From assembly GCA_040220555.1 (NCBI GenBank), contig JAVJUO010000195.1: 32,000 nucleotides of DNA; one strand, 5' to 3'. Position 1 is the stretch's first letter. Each line of letters opens with the position of its first letter. A program made the translations under genes and the position numbers. Source of the stretch: Coleofasciculus sp. C1-SOL-03. Its GTDB lineage: Bacteria > Cyanobacteriota > Cyanobacteriia > Cyanobacteriales > Coleofasciculaceae. Shown here one piece after another: positions 1 through 9,165 of this stretch. The notes below the pieces were generated by a model. It did not search any database, had not been told where the DNA came from, and was given only the letters and a program-made list of their open reading frames with translations.

Positions 1-1124
1 GTGGGCATACGATAAAGATAGGCAAGACGCCGCGCTAGGTGGGCGAAGACTCCATCAAGTTTTAATCCTAACCCGGTTAGTGTGGCGTTGTCTGTCCCTA
101 ATGTCATCATTTCGCCTAAATGCTGGTAGCGGAAGGGGAGTAAGGGACGCCCAGTTAGAGATGCCCAAATATTCCAAGCGGCGTAATCAGCTTGCTGGAA
201 GGCGGATTGAGCCGTATTGGGGACTTGTTGACCGGTGATGTCTCGACAATCGGCTAGATCCCCTAGGGCATAAAGTTCTGGATGGTCAACCACTTGTAGG
301 GTTGGGGTGATCATGAGTTGACCCCGGTGGTTTTGTTTAAAGGGGAGCGATCGCACGACGGGGGCGACTGTGGTACCAACTGCCCATACCACTATATCTA
401 CTGGAATGGTATCCACCTGTCCTTTGTACAGCAGAGAAATGGTATCAGCGCTGATCGCATCTACTGAGGTGTCTAGGTCGATCCATACCTTTCGTTCATT
501 TAACGCCTGTTGTGAGGCTTCACGGTTAAATTCGGGAGAGGTTTTCAGAATCATCTCACCTTGTTCAATTAACCGGATGCGTCCGCGTTCTCCTAACCGT
601 TCAGCGAGTTTGCAGGCGAGTTCCACGCCACTATACCCACCACCGACAACCGCGACACGAATTTTTTCCTTGTCAGATTCTTCGAGAATGCGTAACCGTT
701 CTTCTAACCGATAAGCATCTGCGATCGCTCGAAAGGGAATTGCATGTTCAGCCACACCAGGGACGATCTCCATCGGTGTAATTCCGCCTAGGGATAAAAC
801 CAGGCGATCGTAAGCAAATTCTACGCCATCCTGTAATTGTACCCGCTGTTGCTCACTATCAATACCCATCACCGTCGCTTGGGTGAAGCGCACTCCTGTA
901 TTTGCCAGGAGTTCTTCAAACGGTGGGGCAATTTCCCAGGTTTGCAGTTCACCTGTCAGGAGTTCGTACAGCAGGGGCATAAATACGAAGCGATCGCTTT
1001 GATCAACGAGTATAATTTCTGGCTGCTGTGATTTTTCCCAAGGGAGTTGGCTTAAGCGCAGGGCAGTATACAGCCCCCCAAAGCCTCCACCGAGAATACA
1101 TAATCGGGTTGTTTGGTCACTCAT
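1..1124 (-). CDS. ndbB: Type II NADH dehydrogenase (NDH-2), NdbB/NDC1-like; the C-terminus runs off the window start
   Basis: Absent from the supplied ORF track because there is no stop in the window. My own minus-strand translation from the start codon (CAT on + at 1122-1124) reads MSDQTTRLCILGGGFGGLYTALRLSQL...LVDQSDRFVFMPLLYELLTGEL. It continues through a second dinucleotide-binding fold (KIRVAVVGGGYSGVELACKLAE) and LYALGDLADC, and stays open to position 1. The plus-strand ORFs 370-714 and 837-1031 are antisense shadows of it. Confidence 0.85.
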   Translation of the reverse strand, partial: MSDQTTRLCILGGGFGGLYTALRLSQLPWEKSQQPEIILVDQSDRFVFMPLLYELLTGELQTWEIAPPFEELLANTGVRFTQATVMGIDSEQQRVQLQDGVEFAYDRLVLSLGGITPMEIVPGVAEHAIPFRAIADAYRLEERLRILEESDKEKIRVAVVGGGYSGVELACKLAERLGERGRIRLIEQGEMILKTSPEFNREASQQALNERKVWIDLDTSVDAISADTISLLYKGQVDTIPVDIVVWAVGTTVAPVVRSLPFKQNHRGQLMITPTLQVVDHPELYALGDLADCRDITGQQVPNTAQSAFQQADYAAWNIWASLTGRPLLPFRYQHLGEMMTLGTDNATLTGLGLKLDGVFAHLARRLAYLYRMP

Positions 1125-1183
1125 TGTTGAATGGGCGGATTATCCGTGGTAGGGGAACTTCCTTCCAGGATAGCAAGAGGCAG

Positions 1184-1213
1184 TGTAGAGACGTAGCATG
1201 CTACGTCTCTACA
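1184..1213. repeat. Perfect 30-nt palindrome TGTAGAGACGTAGCATGCTACGTCTCTACA; copy 1 of a dispersed palindromic repeat family
   Basis: The sequence is self-complementary as read. It lies 5 nt downstream of the stop (1219-1221) of the minus-strand gene 1219-1716. Related copies are at 8344-8371, 9134-9161, 17545-17569 and 30253-30276. Confidence 0.9.
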
Positions 1214-1218
1214 ATCCT

Positions 1219-1716
1219 TTATATATCGCCGCGAATTTCTTCGACTACGCCATCTCGTAGGAGAATTTCGACCTGCATTTTGCGAACCAAGTTATCTCCG
1301 GCTTCAACGCGGAAGAAGCTTTCGATCTGACCTTGATTGACTTCTTGGTCAAGTTCGAGCATCTGTACCTGTTGCAGTTGCTGGAGTTGCTGGTTTTTTT
1401 GCTCAAGCAGCTCACTTTTCTTTTGATTGACCTGCAATTGAATACTTTCGATTTGCTGCTTGACTTGAGGACCCGGAGGATTCACACTTTGCTTTTGAAT
1501 TTCCGCGATCGCCCGTTGCCCTTGCATGTCTAACTGTTGAAGTTGAGAGTCCAGTTGGTTAATTTGTGCCTGGAGTTGTTGTTGTACCTCCTCTTTCCAG
1601 CGGGGTGTGACAATGGCTTTAATATTAACCGGTCGCTTCAAGAGTAGGTTGGATTGAGATTCTTTGGATTGAGAGTCTTCTGTAGGCATATAGGTATTTC
1701 TCAGTAGGTCTGACAC
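1219..1716 (-). CDS. Q-rich coiled-coil protein, possibly YlqD-family; conserved hypothetical
   Basis: 165-aa ORF. The central region is heptad-like and Q/L-rich (QQQLQAQINQLDSQLQQLDMQGQ...LLEQKNQQLQQLQQVQMLELDQ). The C-terminal beta-like tail is FFRVEAGDNLVRKMQVEILLRDGVVEEIRG. The family assignment is from memory only. Confidence 0.6.
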   Translation of the reverse strand: MSDLLRNTYMPTEDSQSKESQSNLLLKRPVNIKAIVTPRWKEEVQQQLQAQINQLDSQLQQLDMQGQRAIAEIQKQSVNPPGPQVKQQIESIQLQVNQKKSELLEQKNQQLQQLQQVQMLELDQEVNQGQIESFFRVEAGDNLVRKMQVEILLRDGVVEEIRGDI

Positions 1717-1830
1717 TTAAAAAGGTAAGGGTTAATCCGGCTAACAGGATAACCTAAAGTTTGGGGGCATAATCATGTTAAGAGCAACAGGCAACTTGCC
1801 AGCAGACTCTTTCACCCTATTTCCCCGCAA

Positions 1831-3849
1831 TCAGGCGAACATCCCGTTAATGATATCGCGATATCGTTGAGTAACAACGGGTCGCCGGATTTTCAGTGTT
1901 TGAGTCATCATGCCATTTTCGATAGAAAAGGGTTCTGAAATCAGCGCAAATTGACCAATGCGATCATCAGGGCGATAACCGGGTCGATTTTTGACTTCCC
2001 GGTTCAATTCTTGCCGGAATAGGTTCTGCACCTCTTTACTTTTCAGGTCGATACCCGTCCGGAACGACTCGCTGTCCTTCTGCGTATCGGAGTTGGGCAA
2101 GTTTAGGGTAATATTTTCAGCGGCTGCCCACTGTTGCAGGGCATCCAGATTCGGCACAATTAACGCACCGAGCGATCGCTGATCTTGACCCACTAGCATA
2201 ATTTGGTCAATATAAGGACTTCGCAGACAGGCATCTTCAATCGGTTGCGGCTCGATATTTTCGCCGTTGGTCAATACGATGGTATCTTTTGCCCGTCCTG
2301 TCAAGACTAAATCATGGTTGGGCGTCACCCATCCCAAATCGCCGGTATCAAACCATCCCTCGGAATCAATGGCTTTTGCCGTTGCCTCTGGATTTTTATA
2401 ATACCCTTGCATCACTTGGGAACCTTTCACCAAAACCAACCCCTGTTCACCTGTGGGTAAGGGTTTCCGGGTTTCGGGATCAACGATGCGAATCTGGGTT
2501 CCGGGCATGGGGAGTCCGGAGGAACGGCGCAGGTTACGTTCCATCCGGCGAACGTTCGTCACAGGAGAGGTTTCAGTAAGTCCATACCCCACCAGAATCT
2601 CAATCCCGGCAATTTCAAAGAAGTTTTCTAAATGCATTGCCAAGGAACCCCCACCACTGATAATGGTTTTGATTTGACCCCCGGTTGCCTCCCGCACGGT
2701 TTGATAAATGAGTTTGTCGGCTAATTTGTGGGCGGGTAACAGGAGTAAGGCTTGGATGCTGGCACTGAGGCGTTCCAGGGGGCTTGGGTTAAGCTGGTTC
2801 AAGTCTAACCTTTGGGCGATTCGCCGCGCTGCAATATAGCGTTGACTGATATCCAGTAAGCTGAACACTAATTTTTGCTTATTCGGTGGTTGCTCCCGAA
2901 ACTGCTTTTGCACCCCGTCATAAATCGATTCCCACAGCCGAGGAACGCCGATCATGTAGATGGGTTTAAAGGCTTTGAGATCGGCTTTGACATGGCGAAT
3001 TGTGGTGTAAATTTGGGTACACCCTTGAGACAAGAGGAAGTATTCAACGGTGCGTTCGTAGACATGCCACGTCGGTAAAATACTCAAGATGCGATCGCCC
3101 GGTTGGGGTTGGAGGACGATACCAAAGGTCGTCACTTGATGTAACAGGTTACCATGGGTTAACATCACCCCCTTGGGTTTCCCAGTGGTGCCGGAGGTGT
3201 ACATTAAGGTGGCGAGGGTTTGACGGGTCGCCTGAACCGGTTGTAGAGTTGCGTTTGACCCCAGAGTCATCACCTCAGAGAAATTAAGCACCTTGAGCTT
3301 GTCTTCAGCAGGTGGGTCTTCATCGGAGAGTAAGATCACAAACTGAATCGGCAACTCGTCAAGATGAGGTTTGAGTTTGGTCAGTGTCTTGGTATCTTCG
3401 ACAACTAAAGCAATGCTGCCACTGTGTTCTAATATATACCGCAGTTCTTCGGGATCAGCTTGGGCGCTGCGAACCACATTTGCCGCCCCAGCCGTCATGA
3501 TCCCCTGATCCGCAATCAGCCAACGGGGGCTGTTATCGGCAATCAAGGCGATACGGGGCGGAAGTTCCGAGGACTCTTGTTCCTGCTTGATCACCGGATT
3601 ATCGAACAAGGTTTGTAATCCCGCCGCCAATTGGTGAATCTGGCGTACCAACTGAGTGTACGTGAAGATCACCTCGGGTTGGACATGGGGATCTCTGAGG
3701 GCAATAATCTGTCCAAATCGCTGCGCCGCGATCGACCAAATTTCCGGTAGAGACTGGATAGAGGAATAGTCAACCAAGGACTTAAGCCGGTGACGTTCCT
3801 GGGGACTCATCGACAACGATATAGAATTAGTCGGCTTTGTGTTTAACAT
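1831..3849 (-). CDS. aas: Long-chain acyl-ACP/acyl-CoA synthetase (AMP-dependent synthetase/ligase), cyanobacterial Aas-like
   Basis: 672 aa with adenylate-forming motifs: LMYTSGTTGKPKGVMLTHGNL, VGYGLTETSPV, WFDTGDLGWV and GRAKDTIVLTNGENIEP. Size and layout match cyanobacterial acyl-ACP synthetases. Confidence 0.85.
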   Translation of the reverse strand: MLNTKPTNSISLSMSPQERHRLKSLVDYSSIQSLPEIWSIAAQRFGQIIALRDPHVQPEVIFTYTQLVRQIHQLAAGLQTLFDNPVIKQEQESSELPPRIALIADNSPRWLIADQGIMTAGAANVVRSAQADPEELRYILEHSGSIALVVEDTKTLTKLKPHLDELPIQFVILLSDEDPPAEDKLKVLNFSEVMTLGSNATLQPVQATRQTLATLMYTSGTTGKPKGVMLTHGNLLHQVTTFGIVLQPQPGDRILSILPTWHVYERTVEYFLLSQGCTQIYTTIRHVKADLKAFKPIYMIGVPRLWESIYDGVQKQFREQPPNKQKLVFSLLDISQRYIAARRIAQRLDLNQLNPSPLERLSASIQALLLLPAHKLADKLIYQTVREATGGQIKTIISGGGSLAMHLENFFEIAGIEILVGYGLTETSPVTNVRRMERNLRRSSGLPMPGTQIRIVDPETRKPLPTGEQGLVLVKGSQVMQGYYKNPEATAKAIDSEGWFDTGDLGWVTPNHDLVLTGRAKDTIVLTNGENIEPQPIEDACLRSPYIDQIMLVGQDQRSLGALIVPNLDALQQWAAAENITLNLPNSDTQKDSESFRTGIDLKSKEVQNLFRQELNREVKNRPGYRPDDRIGQFALISEPFSIENGMMTQTLKIRRPVVTQRYRDIINGMFA

Positions 3850-4097
3850 CTATTACAATCCCTTGTTTTTTTTACCATACTCTTTTGAAGTGAGGCAGAA
3901 TAGGGGTTTCAGGTGGACAGAATGTCTTCTGTCTGTCATTATTGTGTCTTCCTATACCTCATCTCTCCGTCTCCTGAACAATTGTCACCAACGATGGCGG
4001 CAACGCTGAGGTTGAAGTAGGGGAGGAATTTCCTTCCTAAAAACCGGGGGTATCAAAGGAAGAGTCAGGATCATCTATTGTTCAAAGGGGGAAGACT

Positions 4098-5189
4098 ATG
4101 AAACTTTTGGTTGTTGAGGATAATCCTACCTTAGCCCAAACCATTGTGGCAGGATTAACTCAACAAAATTATGTGGTTGATCTAGCCCAGGACGGTGAGA
4201 CGGGGTTAGACAATGCTTTAGCCTATAACTACGATCTAATTTTGCTTGATATTAATTTACCTCATTTGGATAGTATTAGTCTTTGTCGCCGTTTAAGACA
4301 AGCGGGAAATACCAGTCCAATTGTTTTACTGAGTGCATCAGGGGCAACGCAAGATATGGTGGCGGGGTTAGATGCAGGCGCTGATGATTATATTATTAAG
4401 CCTTGTCCCGTTGAAGGGTTAGCGGCTCGAGTTCGGGCATTACTCAGACGTAACCGAGATGCCAGTACCCCAACCTTGCAATGGGGAAATTTGGAAATCG
4501 ATCCGAGTACCTGTGAGGTAACCTGTCAGGGACAACCCTTGCGTCTATCTCCTAAAGAATATGGTCTTTTGTATTTGTTGATGTCATCTCCCACCCGGAT
4601 ATTTAGTCAAGATTACATTATCGAAAAACTTTGGGCGTTCGGAGATCCACCCAACCGGGAAACGGTTAAGGCACATGTTAAAGGATTACGACGCAAGCTC
4701 AAGAAAGCGGGTGTAGGTGACATTATTGAAACTGTGTATGGGTTCGGTTATCGTTTGAAGGAGCTGTGTGAACTGCAAACGGCGTCGTCTAAGCTTAACC
4801 CTATTCTGGAACGGTTTGTGGCAATGCGCCAGATGGAGTATTTGATCCTTAATCCCGATTTAACCATTCGCGAGATTTCTGATCAGGCTCACAAGTTTTG
4901 TGATTTTCCCGAAAAATTAACCCTTGGTAAATCGGTCTGCATTAGTTTTCCAGAGTTAATTGGTTTAGATGATATATTATTGGATGTTTGGGCAGGAAAA
5001 ACAGAAGATTTTAGGTTGGAAGGTGTGGCGCGTTCCCATAATCCGCAGCGACCGGAGTATATTGATATCTATAGTATGAATGTTGATAATCAGTTATTTC
5101 TGCTGTTTGAAGATGTTTCCCATCAAATGAGCTGGAAACAGACGGTTACTCAACAAGAAAATGAAACCTATCTTTTATTGGGGTTTTAA
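4098..5189 (+). CDS. OmpR-family response regulator (REC + winged-helix) with an extra ~140-aa PAS-like C-terminal domain
   Basis: REC domain: MKLLVVEDNP, DLILLD (acceptor D51) and IIKP (K101). Winged-helix domain: LQWGNLEIDPSTCEVTCQGQPLRLSPKEYGLLYLLM...VKAHVKGLRRKL...ETVYGFGYRLK. Residues ~223-363 lie beyond the normal end of such regulators. Confidence 0.85.
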   Translation: MKLLVVEDNPTLAQTIVAGLTQQNYVVDLAQDGETGLDNALAYNYDLILLDINLPHLDSISLCRRLRQAGNTSPIVLLSASGATQDMVAGLDAGADDYIIKPCPVEGLAARVRALLRRNRDASTPTLQWGNLEIDPSTCEVTCQGQPLRLSPKEYGLLYLLMSSPTRIFSQDYIIEKLWAFGDPPNRETVKAHVKGLRRKLKKAGVGDIIETVYGFGYRLKELCELQTASSKLNPILERFVAMRQMEYLILNPDLTIREISDQAHKFCDFPEKLTLGKSVCISFPELIGLDDILLDVWAGKTEDFRLEGVARSHNPQRPEYIDIYSMNVDNQLFLLFEDVSHQMSWKQTVTQQENETYLLLGF

Positions 5190-5564
5190 TCGGGTCTTTC
5201 GGACTTATTGTGCTAAACTATCAGTTTTGATGAATCGGGAAGCTTGCCACACAAGGACTGTAGCTTTTAATTGCTTCAAAACAAATTGAAATTTTGGTAA
5301 AAATAGTTAAAGCTATTGCTGTAAAATATTCTGGCAAATAAAACTAACAATTTAGCACACTAATTACGAAAAATTCGACTTATTCAGCAGACCCTATTTA
5401 CACAGTGCCAAAAACGGCTGTCCGACTACTTACGCCTAGAGCGGGAAGGCGCGATCGCAATCGCTGCTCCGGCTTGTACTTAATTCAGTGATATTCCACT
5501 TTAGAGTGATGAAAGACGTGGCAGCTTCTCTTTATCCTTTAGGTGAAGCTAAAAGCAAAAACCA

Positions 5565-6491
5565 ATGAATAAGAACATGAGAACCAGTATAATTTCAGGA
5601 CTTACTCTAACATTAGCACTTGGTTGTAGCTCTTCCCCACTGTCTGCCCATGAATCTTTCTCCCAGCAAGCTAACACCCTCGACACGAATAGGGAAACAA
5701 TTGCATCAGAAGTAAGCCACACCAAGCAGACATCTCCTCCAGACTTCAATGATTATCCAGCAACCGAATCTTTCTCTGGTGCTCCTGCACCCGTTGACTT
5801 AAGCAGTGACCCAGATGCTAGAAGATTCCGCACTGTTTTACGAGAGGGCGCACAAACCGGACCCAATTTTGCCGGAAAATATACGGTGGTGACTTGGGGA
5901 TGTGGCACAAGCTGTCAATCCGTTGCCATTGTCGATGCTGAAACTGGCTCAGTTTATATGCCAGGTATTGTGGCTGAAGCGGGTGTGAAGCATAAGTTGG
6001 ATAGTCGGCTACTCGTGGTTAATCCGCCAGAAAATACTCCGGGAAATAGACCCGATTGGATGGAAACCAGTTATTACGTCTGGGATGGTACAGAGTTAAC
6101 GGAAGTTTCGACATCATCGTCATCATCGTCACGCAAAGAGGAGGTTGATGATTGGACAGATACCTTCTTTTATGCGGTTCGTCCAGACATGAAAGGGAGG
6201 AGTATTGATCCTTATAGAGAACTTTATGTTCGAGAATGGAATGCCCTGCGCGGGGTCGTAAAGAATTGGGTGGGGTGGATTGAAAGTAACTGTGGTCCTG
6301 CAAGTTCTGACCAGGATCAAGCTAGCGTGAACAATGTAAGTGTTCGTGATAAATTAGCTGATGCGGTTTTCTATGCTCGTCATCCTGAGTTAAATGGGCG
6401 TGAAATCCGCAGTGGAGAAACAGCTTTAGCGAATGAATGGAAATCAATTCATGATCGTATTTCTGGGGTTCTATTTTCAGGTTTTTGCTAA
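5565..6491 (+). CDS. Secreted protein or possible lipoprotein, function unknown
   Basis: 308 aa. The N-terminal signal peptide has a lipobox-like LTLALGCSSS. The C-terminal half carries an internally duplicated motif (see findings). Confidence 0.65.
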   Translation: MNKNMRTSIISGLTLTLALGCSSSPLSAHESFSQQANTLDTNRETIASEVSHTKQTSPPDFNDYPATESFSGAPAPVDLSSDPDARRFRTVLREGAQTGPNFAGKYTVVTWGCGTSCQSVAIVDAETGSVYMPGIVAEAGVKHKLDSRLLVVNPPENTPGNRPDWMETSYYVWDGTELTEVSTSSSSSSRKEEVDDWTDTFFYAVRPDMKGRSIDPYRELYVREWNALRGVVKNWVGWIESNCGPASSDQDQASVNNVSVRDKLADAVFYARHPELNGREIRSGETALANEWKSIHDRISGVLFSGFC

Positions 6492-6751
6492 ATAAGGCTT
6501 TGAGATAGGTGCTTTTGGACAGGGTGGAGAAAATACAGCTTATGGGTAATTTCTAGGATGAGTTTTATTCTAGAATTTGCGTCGCTGTCGCGTACATCGA
6601 AGACTGGTTATCCCTGCGAGGCGACAGACGGAGGACTTCATTATATGGAACCCTGCGAGGAATAACGTCAATCAATGAATTCAGGCTCTACCGAGCATAG
6701 GGGGGAGAACCAGCGAAATCGTTACTGAAAAGGAGGAAAAAACCAGACCTA

Positions 6752-7777
6752 ATGATTAGGCAAAACTTCAGTTCAAAAAAATCAAAATTAATATTTAGCT
6801 GTCTATCTGTGGGAATTCTTAGCAGCGTAATTCCCTTAAGTTGGACTTTGCCCGCCAATGCCCAAAATCTTATTCAAGATTATCAGAATCGATATGTAGC
6901 TAATTTGAGTAAAGACACAACTAGAGCGGATAATAACGTTGAGTTTAACTGTCAAAACATCCTAGCATCAGCTTCAAACTCCTCGACGGATGAATATGGA
7001 CAAGCCGAACCAGAAGCGGCTTACTACAAGCTAGAACAGTATTCTCCTCAAGAACTGCCAACCCTGAATCAAGGTAGTACAGGACAAAGAGTAAGACAAT
7101 TGCAACTCTTTCTGGAAGATCAAGGCTACTATGATACCACCAGAGAAGACCTGGCAATTGATGGCATTTATGGCAAAGGAACCGCCAGTTCGGTAGAACA
7201 GTTCCAACGCATTCATGATTTGACTAATGACAGTATCGTAGGTTCCCAAACCTGGCAGGCTATCATCAATCGAATCGAGGAAATTTTATCAGTTCCACCG
7301 TCTCAACGGCATACTCTGAGTAGCTATTTACCAGAAGTTTGCCGACGGGTTCAATTTCTAGCTGAAATCTATAGTGATAATCGTAGCCAAGCTGAAGTCG
7401 AGGCAATTCGGCAATACCGCCAAACGTGGCAGAGTCAGTATAATGAGCGAGCAAAATTTTTGGGTCATTGGTATGGACCTTTTGGTGTTGCCATTACTCT
7501 AATTCCGACTTCTAATCCTAATCGTGTCTGTGTGCAATATCAAGACGAGTATGGTGCAGGGGTAGAATCAGCAGAATTCAAAAACAATAAACTACTCTGG
7601 AAGGATCATGTTATGCTACTCATGCAGGACAGATTAGTATTAGTTTGGTACGGACAAGGTAAGATTGATGCGAAAGTGGATGTTCAAGACTTTCCTTCAG
7701 CTAAGATTCCGGCGACAGTCCGCGATGAGTCATTCCAAGAGCAATACGAACAGTTCGGATGTCAAGGATGGAATTAA
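6752..7777 (+). CDS. Secreted protein with a peptidoglycan-binding (PG_binding_1-like) domain
   Basis: 341 aa. Signal peptide ends ...LSWTLPANAQN. PG-binding-like segment: LNQGSTGQRVRQLQLFLEDQGYY...IDGIYGKGTASSVEQFQRIHDLTNDSIVGSQTWQAI. Confidence 0.7.
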   Translation: MIRQNFSSKKSKLIFSCLSVGILSSVIPLSWTLPANAQNLIQDYQNRYVANLSKDTTRADNNVEFNCQNILASASNSSTDEYGQAEPEAAYYKLEQYSPQELPTLNQGSTGQRVRQLQLFLEDQGYYDTTREDLAIDGIYGKGTASSVEQFQRIHDLTNDSIVGSQTWQAIINRIEEILSVPPSQRHTLSSYLPEVCRRVQFLAEIYSDNRSQAEVEAIRQYRQTWQSQYNERAKFLGHWYGPFGVAITLIPTSNPNRVCVQYQDEYGAGVESAEFKNNKLLWKDHVMLLMQDRLVLVWYGQGKIDAKVDVQDFPSAKIPATVRDESFQEQYEQFGCQGWN

Positions 7778-7933
7778 CAATGTAGTCATTGGTACTCCCA
7801 TTCTCAAATTTACTTTAATCTAGTCCAAAGGAGTTAACTATTGACATTTAATTACAAGGCTTAACCGAGCCGTTCGGCGAATGTAGATCTAAAAAAATTG
7901 CCTACACCACTAAGGAGTGCATACGACAATACA

Positions 7934-8228
7934 ATGTTACCTAAAAAAATTTCCGCTTCTTTCTTTGCCATCATCCTTATTTGCTTCTTGCTTCCCTTCG
8001 TAACTGTTTCTTGCTAAGTTAGCAATTATCCCCGCGATCGCCGGAGCTTTTGGCGCTTTAATGCTCTTACTTCTCAAGTCCGCCGTACAAGGACAAGTTG
8101 CCCAACAGGGAACTCAACTAATGGGTTTTGACCTTGATTTTGGAATTGGTTTTTGGGGAGCATTTATCTTTTTCATCTCTGGAACTTTTCTAAATGGTTG
8201 GGTCTTTTTCTCTGAAGTGAAAAAGTAA
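7934..8228 (+). pseudogene. Possible remnant of a small membrane-protein gene: a 27-codon N-terminal piece plus a frame-shifted C-terminal piece
   Basis: ATG 7934 gives MLPKKISASFFAIILICFLLPFVTVSC then TAA (8015-8017). From 8019, in the +1 frame, the sequence reads LAIIPAIAGAFGALMLLLLKSAVQGQVAQQGTQLMGFDLDFGIGFWGAFIFFISGTFLNGWVFFSEVKK then TAA (8226-8228). Both pieces look like transmembrane segments. Confidence 0.35.
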
Positions 8229-8343
8229 ATACCTCATTACTGTCTACACGGGCAATATTCATGAATTCAGCCAAACTTTATTGGTACATTATTACAGCGC
8301 TTTTCAAGAAGTAGACACATCGATTAGGACTTTCGGCACCATT

Positions 8344-8371
8344 GTAGAGACGTTGCATGCAACGTCTCTAC
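8344..8371. repeat. Palindromic repeat GTAGAGACGTTGCATGCAACGTCTCTAC (copy 2)
   Basis: 28-nt perfect palindrome, identical to the copy at 9134-9161. It is followed by CTCTAGATCCCC, which resembles CTCCAGATCCCC after copy 4. Confidence 0.9.
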
Positions 8372-8407
8372 TCTAGATCCCCTTACTCTGATTTGCAATC
8401 TGCTATA

Positions 8408-8441
8408 AAAAATTGGTCTTGTGGGAGAGAACAAGACCAAC
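8408..8441 (-). terminator. Rho-independent terminator of the BON-domain gene
   Basis: A 10-bp perfect stem (TTGGTCTTGT 8414-8423 with ACAAGACCAA 8432-8441) closes an 8-nt loop. On the minus strand it is followed by T6 (A-run 8408-8413 on +). It lies about 60 nt downstream of the stop at 8502. Confidence 0.75.
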
Positions 8442-8501
8442 TTAAAACAGAAAAACTCCGTTTGAGATTAACGGAATACTTATTTATTAATTTCTGATTG
8501 A

Positions 8502-8990
8502 TTAAGAGGGGATATCTTCCAGAGCTAAATCGAAAGTAATCTCATGAACCCCAGGAATGTCTTTAATCTGGTCAATGTATTTACGCGCCGTTGCTTGGTC
8601 TTTAACCGTTCCGGTGAGTCGAACCGCACCACTCGCAACGCCAGCGACTAGGTTCTCAGAGATATCGGACTCAATTTTATCCTGAATCTGGGAATCACTC
8701 AGTTCCTTTCCACCTCGGCTTGATGCAACATATTCAATCCCTTGATACTGATTCCCTGCTGCAGAGGTTGTCACTTTTTCATTGTTGGGTTGTTGACTGC
8801 CTTGAGAGGAATCAACAGCAGCTTGAGGGGGAGCAGCAAAGGCAGGAAAAGCACTATTAAATGTAAAGATGGCAACACCCAGCAGCATCATAACTGAGCG
8901 AAACAGGCGATTTGGCTTCACGAGAACAAGACTCGCGATCGCCAAGGTAGCGATGATCATTAATACGTTGATCATATCCATAACTATCAA
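8502..8990 (-). CDS. BON-domain membrane-anchored protein
   Basis: 162 aa with N-terminal hydrophobic segments. The C-terminal segment is BON-like: AVRLTGTVKDQATARKYIDQIKDIPGVHEITFDLALED. Confidence 0.7.
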   Translation of the reverse strand: MIVMDMINVLMIIATLAIASLVLVKPNRLFRSVMMLLGVAIFTFNSAFPAFAAPPQAAVDSSQGSQQPNNEKVTTSAAGNQYQGIEYVASSRGGKELSDSQIQDKIESDISENLVAGVASGAVRLTGTVKDQATARKYIDQIKDIPGVHEITFDLALEDIPS

Positions 8991-9133
8991 TTTCTCCGTA
9001 CACTACAGCTAACATTACCGACTGCTGCGAAAATAGGCTTCATTCTACGGTCATAAACTACTAATCTATCCAAAGATAGATACAGAATTAAGGAAACAGG
9101 GATATGGGGAAATCCCTGAAGACGCGCCCTGAC

Positions 9134-9161
9134 GTAGAGACGTTGCATGCAACGTCTCTAC
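9134..9161. repeat. Palindromic repeat GTAGAGACGTTGCATGCAACGTCTCTAC (copy 3)
   Basis: Perfect palindrome lying 4 nt downstream of the stop (9166-9168) of the 1037-aa gene. Confidence 0.9.
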
Positions 9162-9165
9162 ATCT

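Noticed and set aside
370-1031. Plus-strand ORFs 370-714 and 837-1031.
   Set aside because: They are antisense shadows of the edge-truncated NDH-2 gene on the minus strand, which has unmistakable FAD/NAD-binding motifs.
1028-1330. ORFs 1028-1330 (+) and 30177-30371 (+), both containing the peptide QCRDVACYV.
   Set aside because: The shared peptide is the translation of the GTAGAGACGTAGCATGCTACGTCT palindromic repeat. The ORFs span intergenic repeats and overlap real genes on the other strand.
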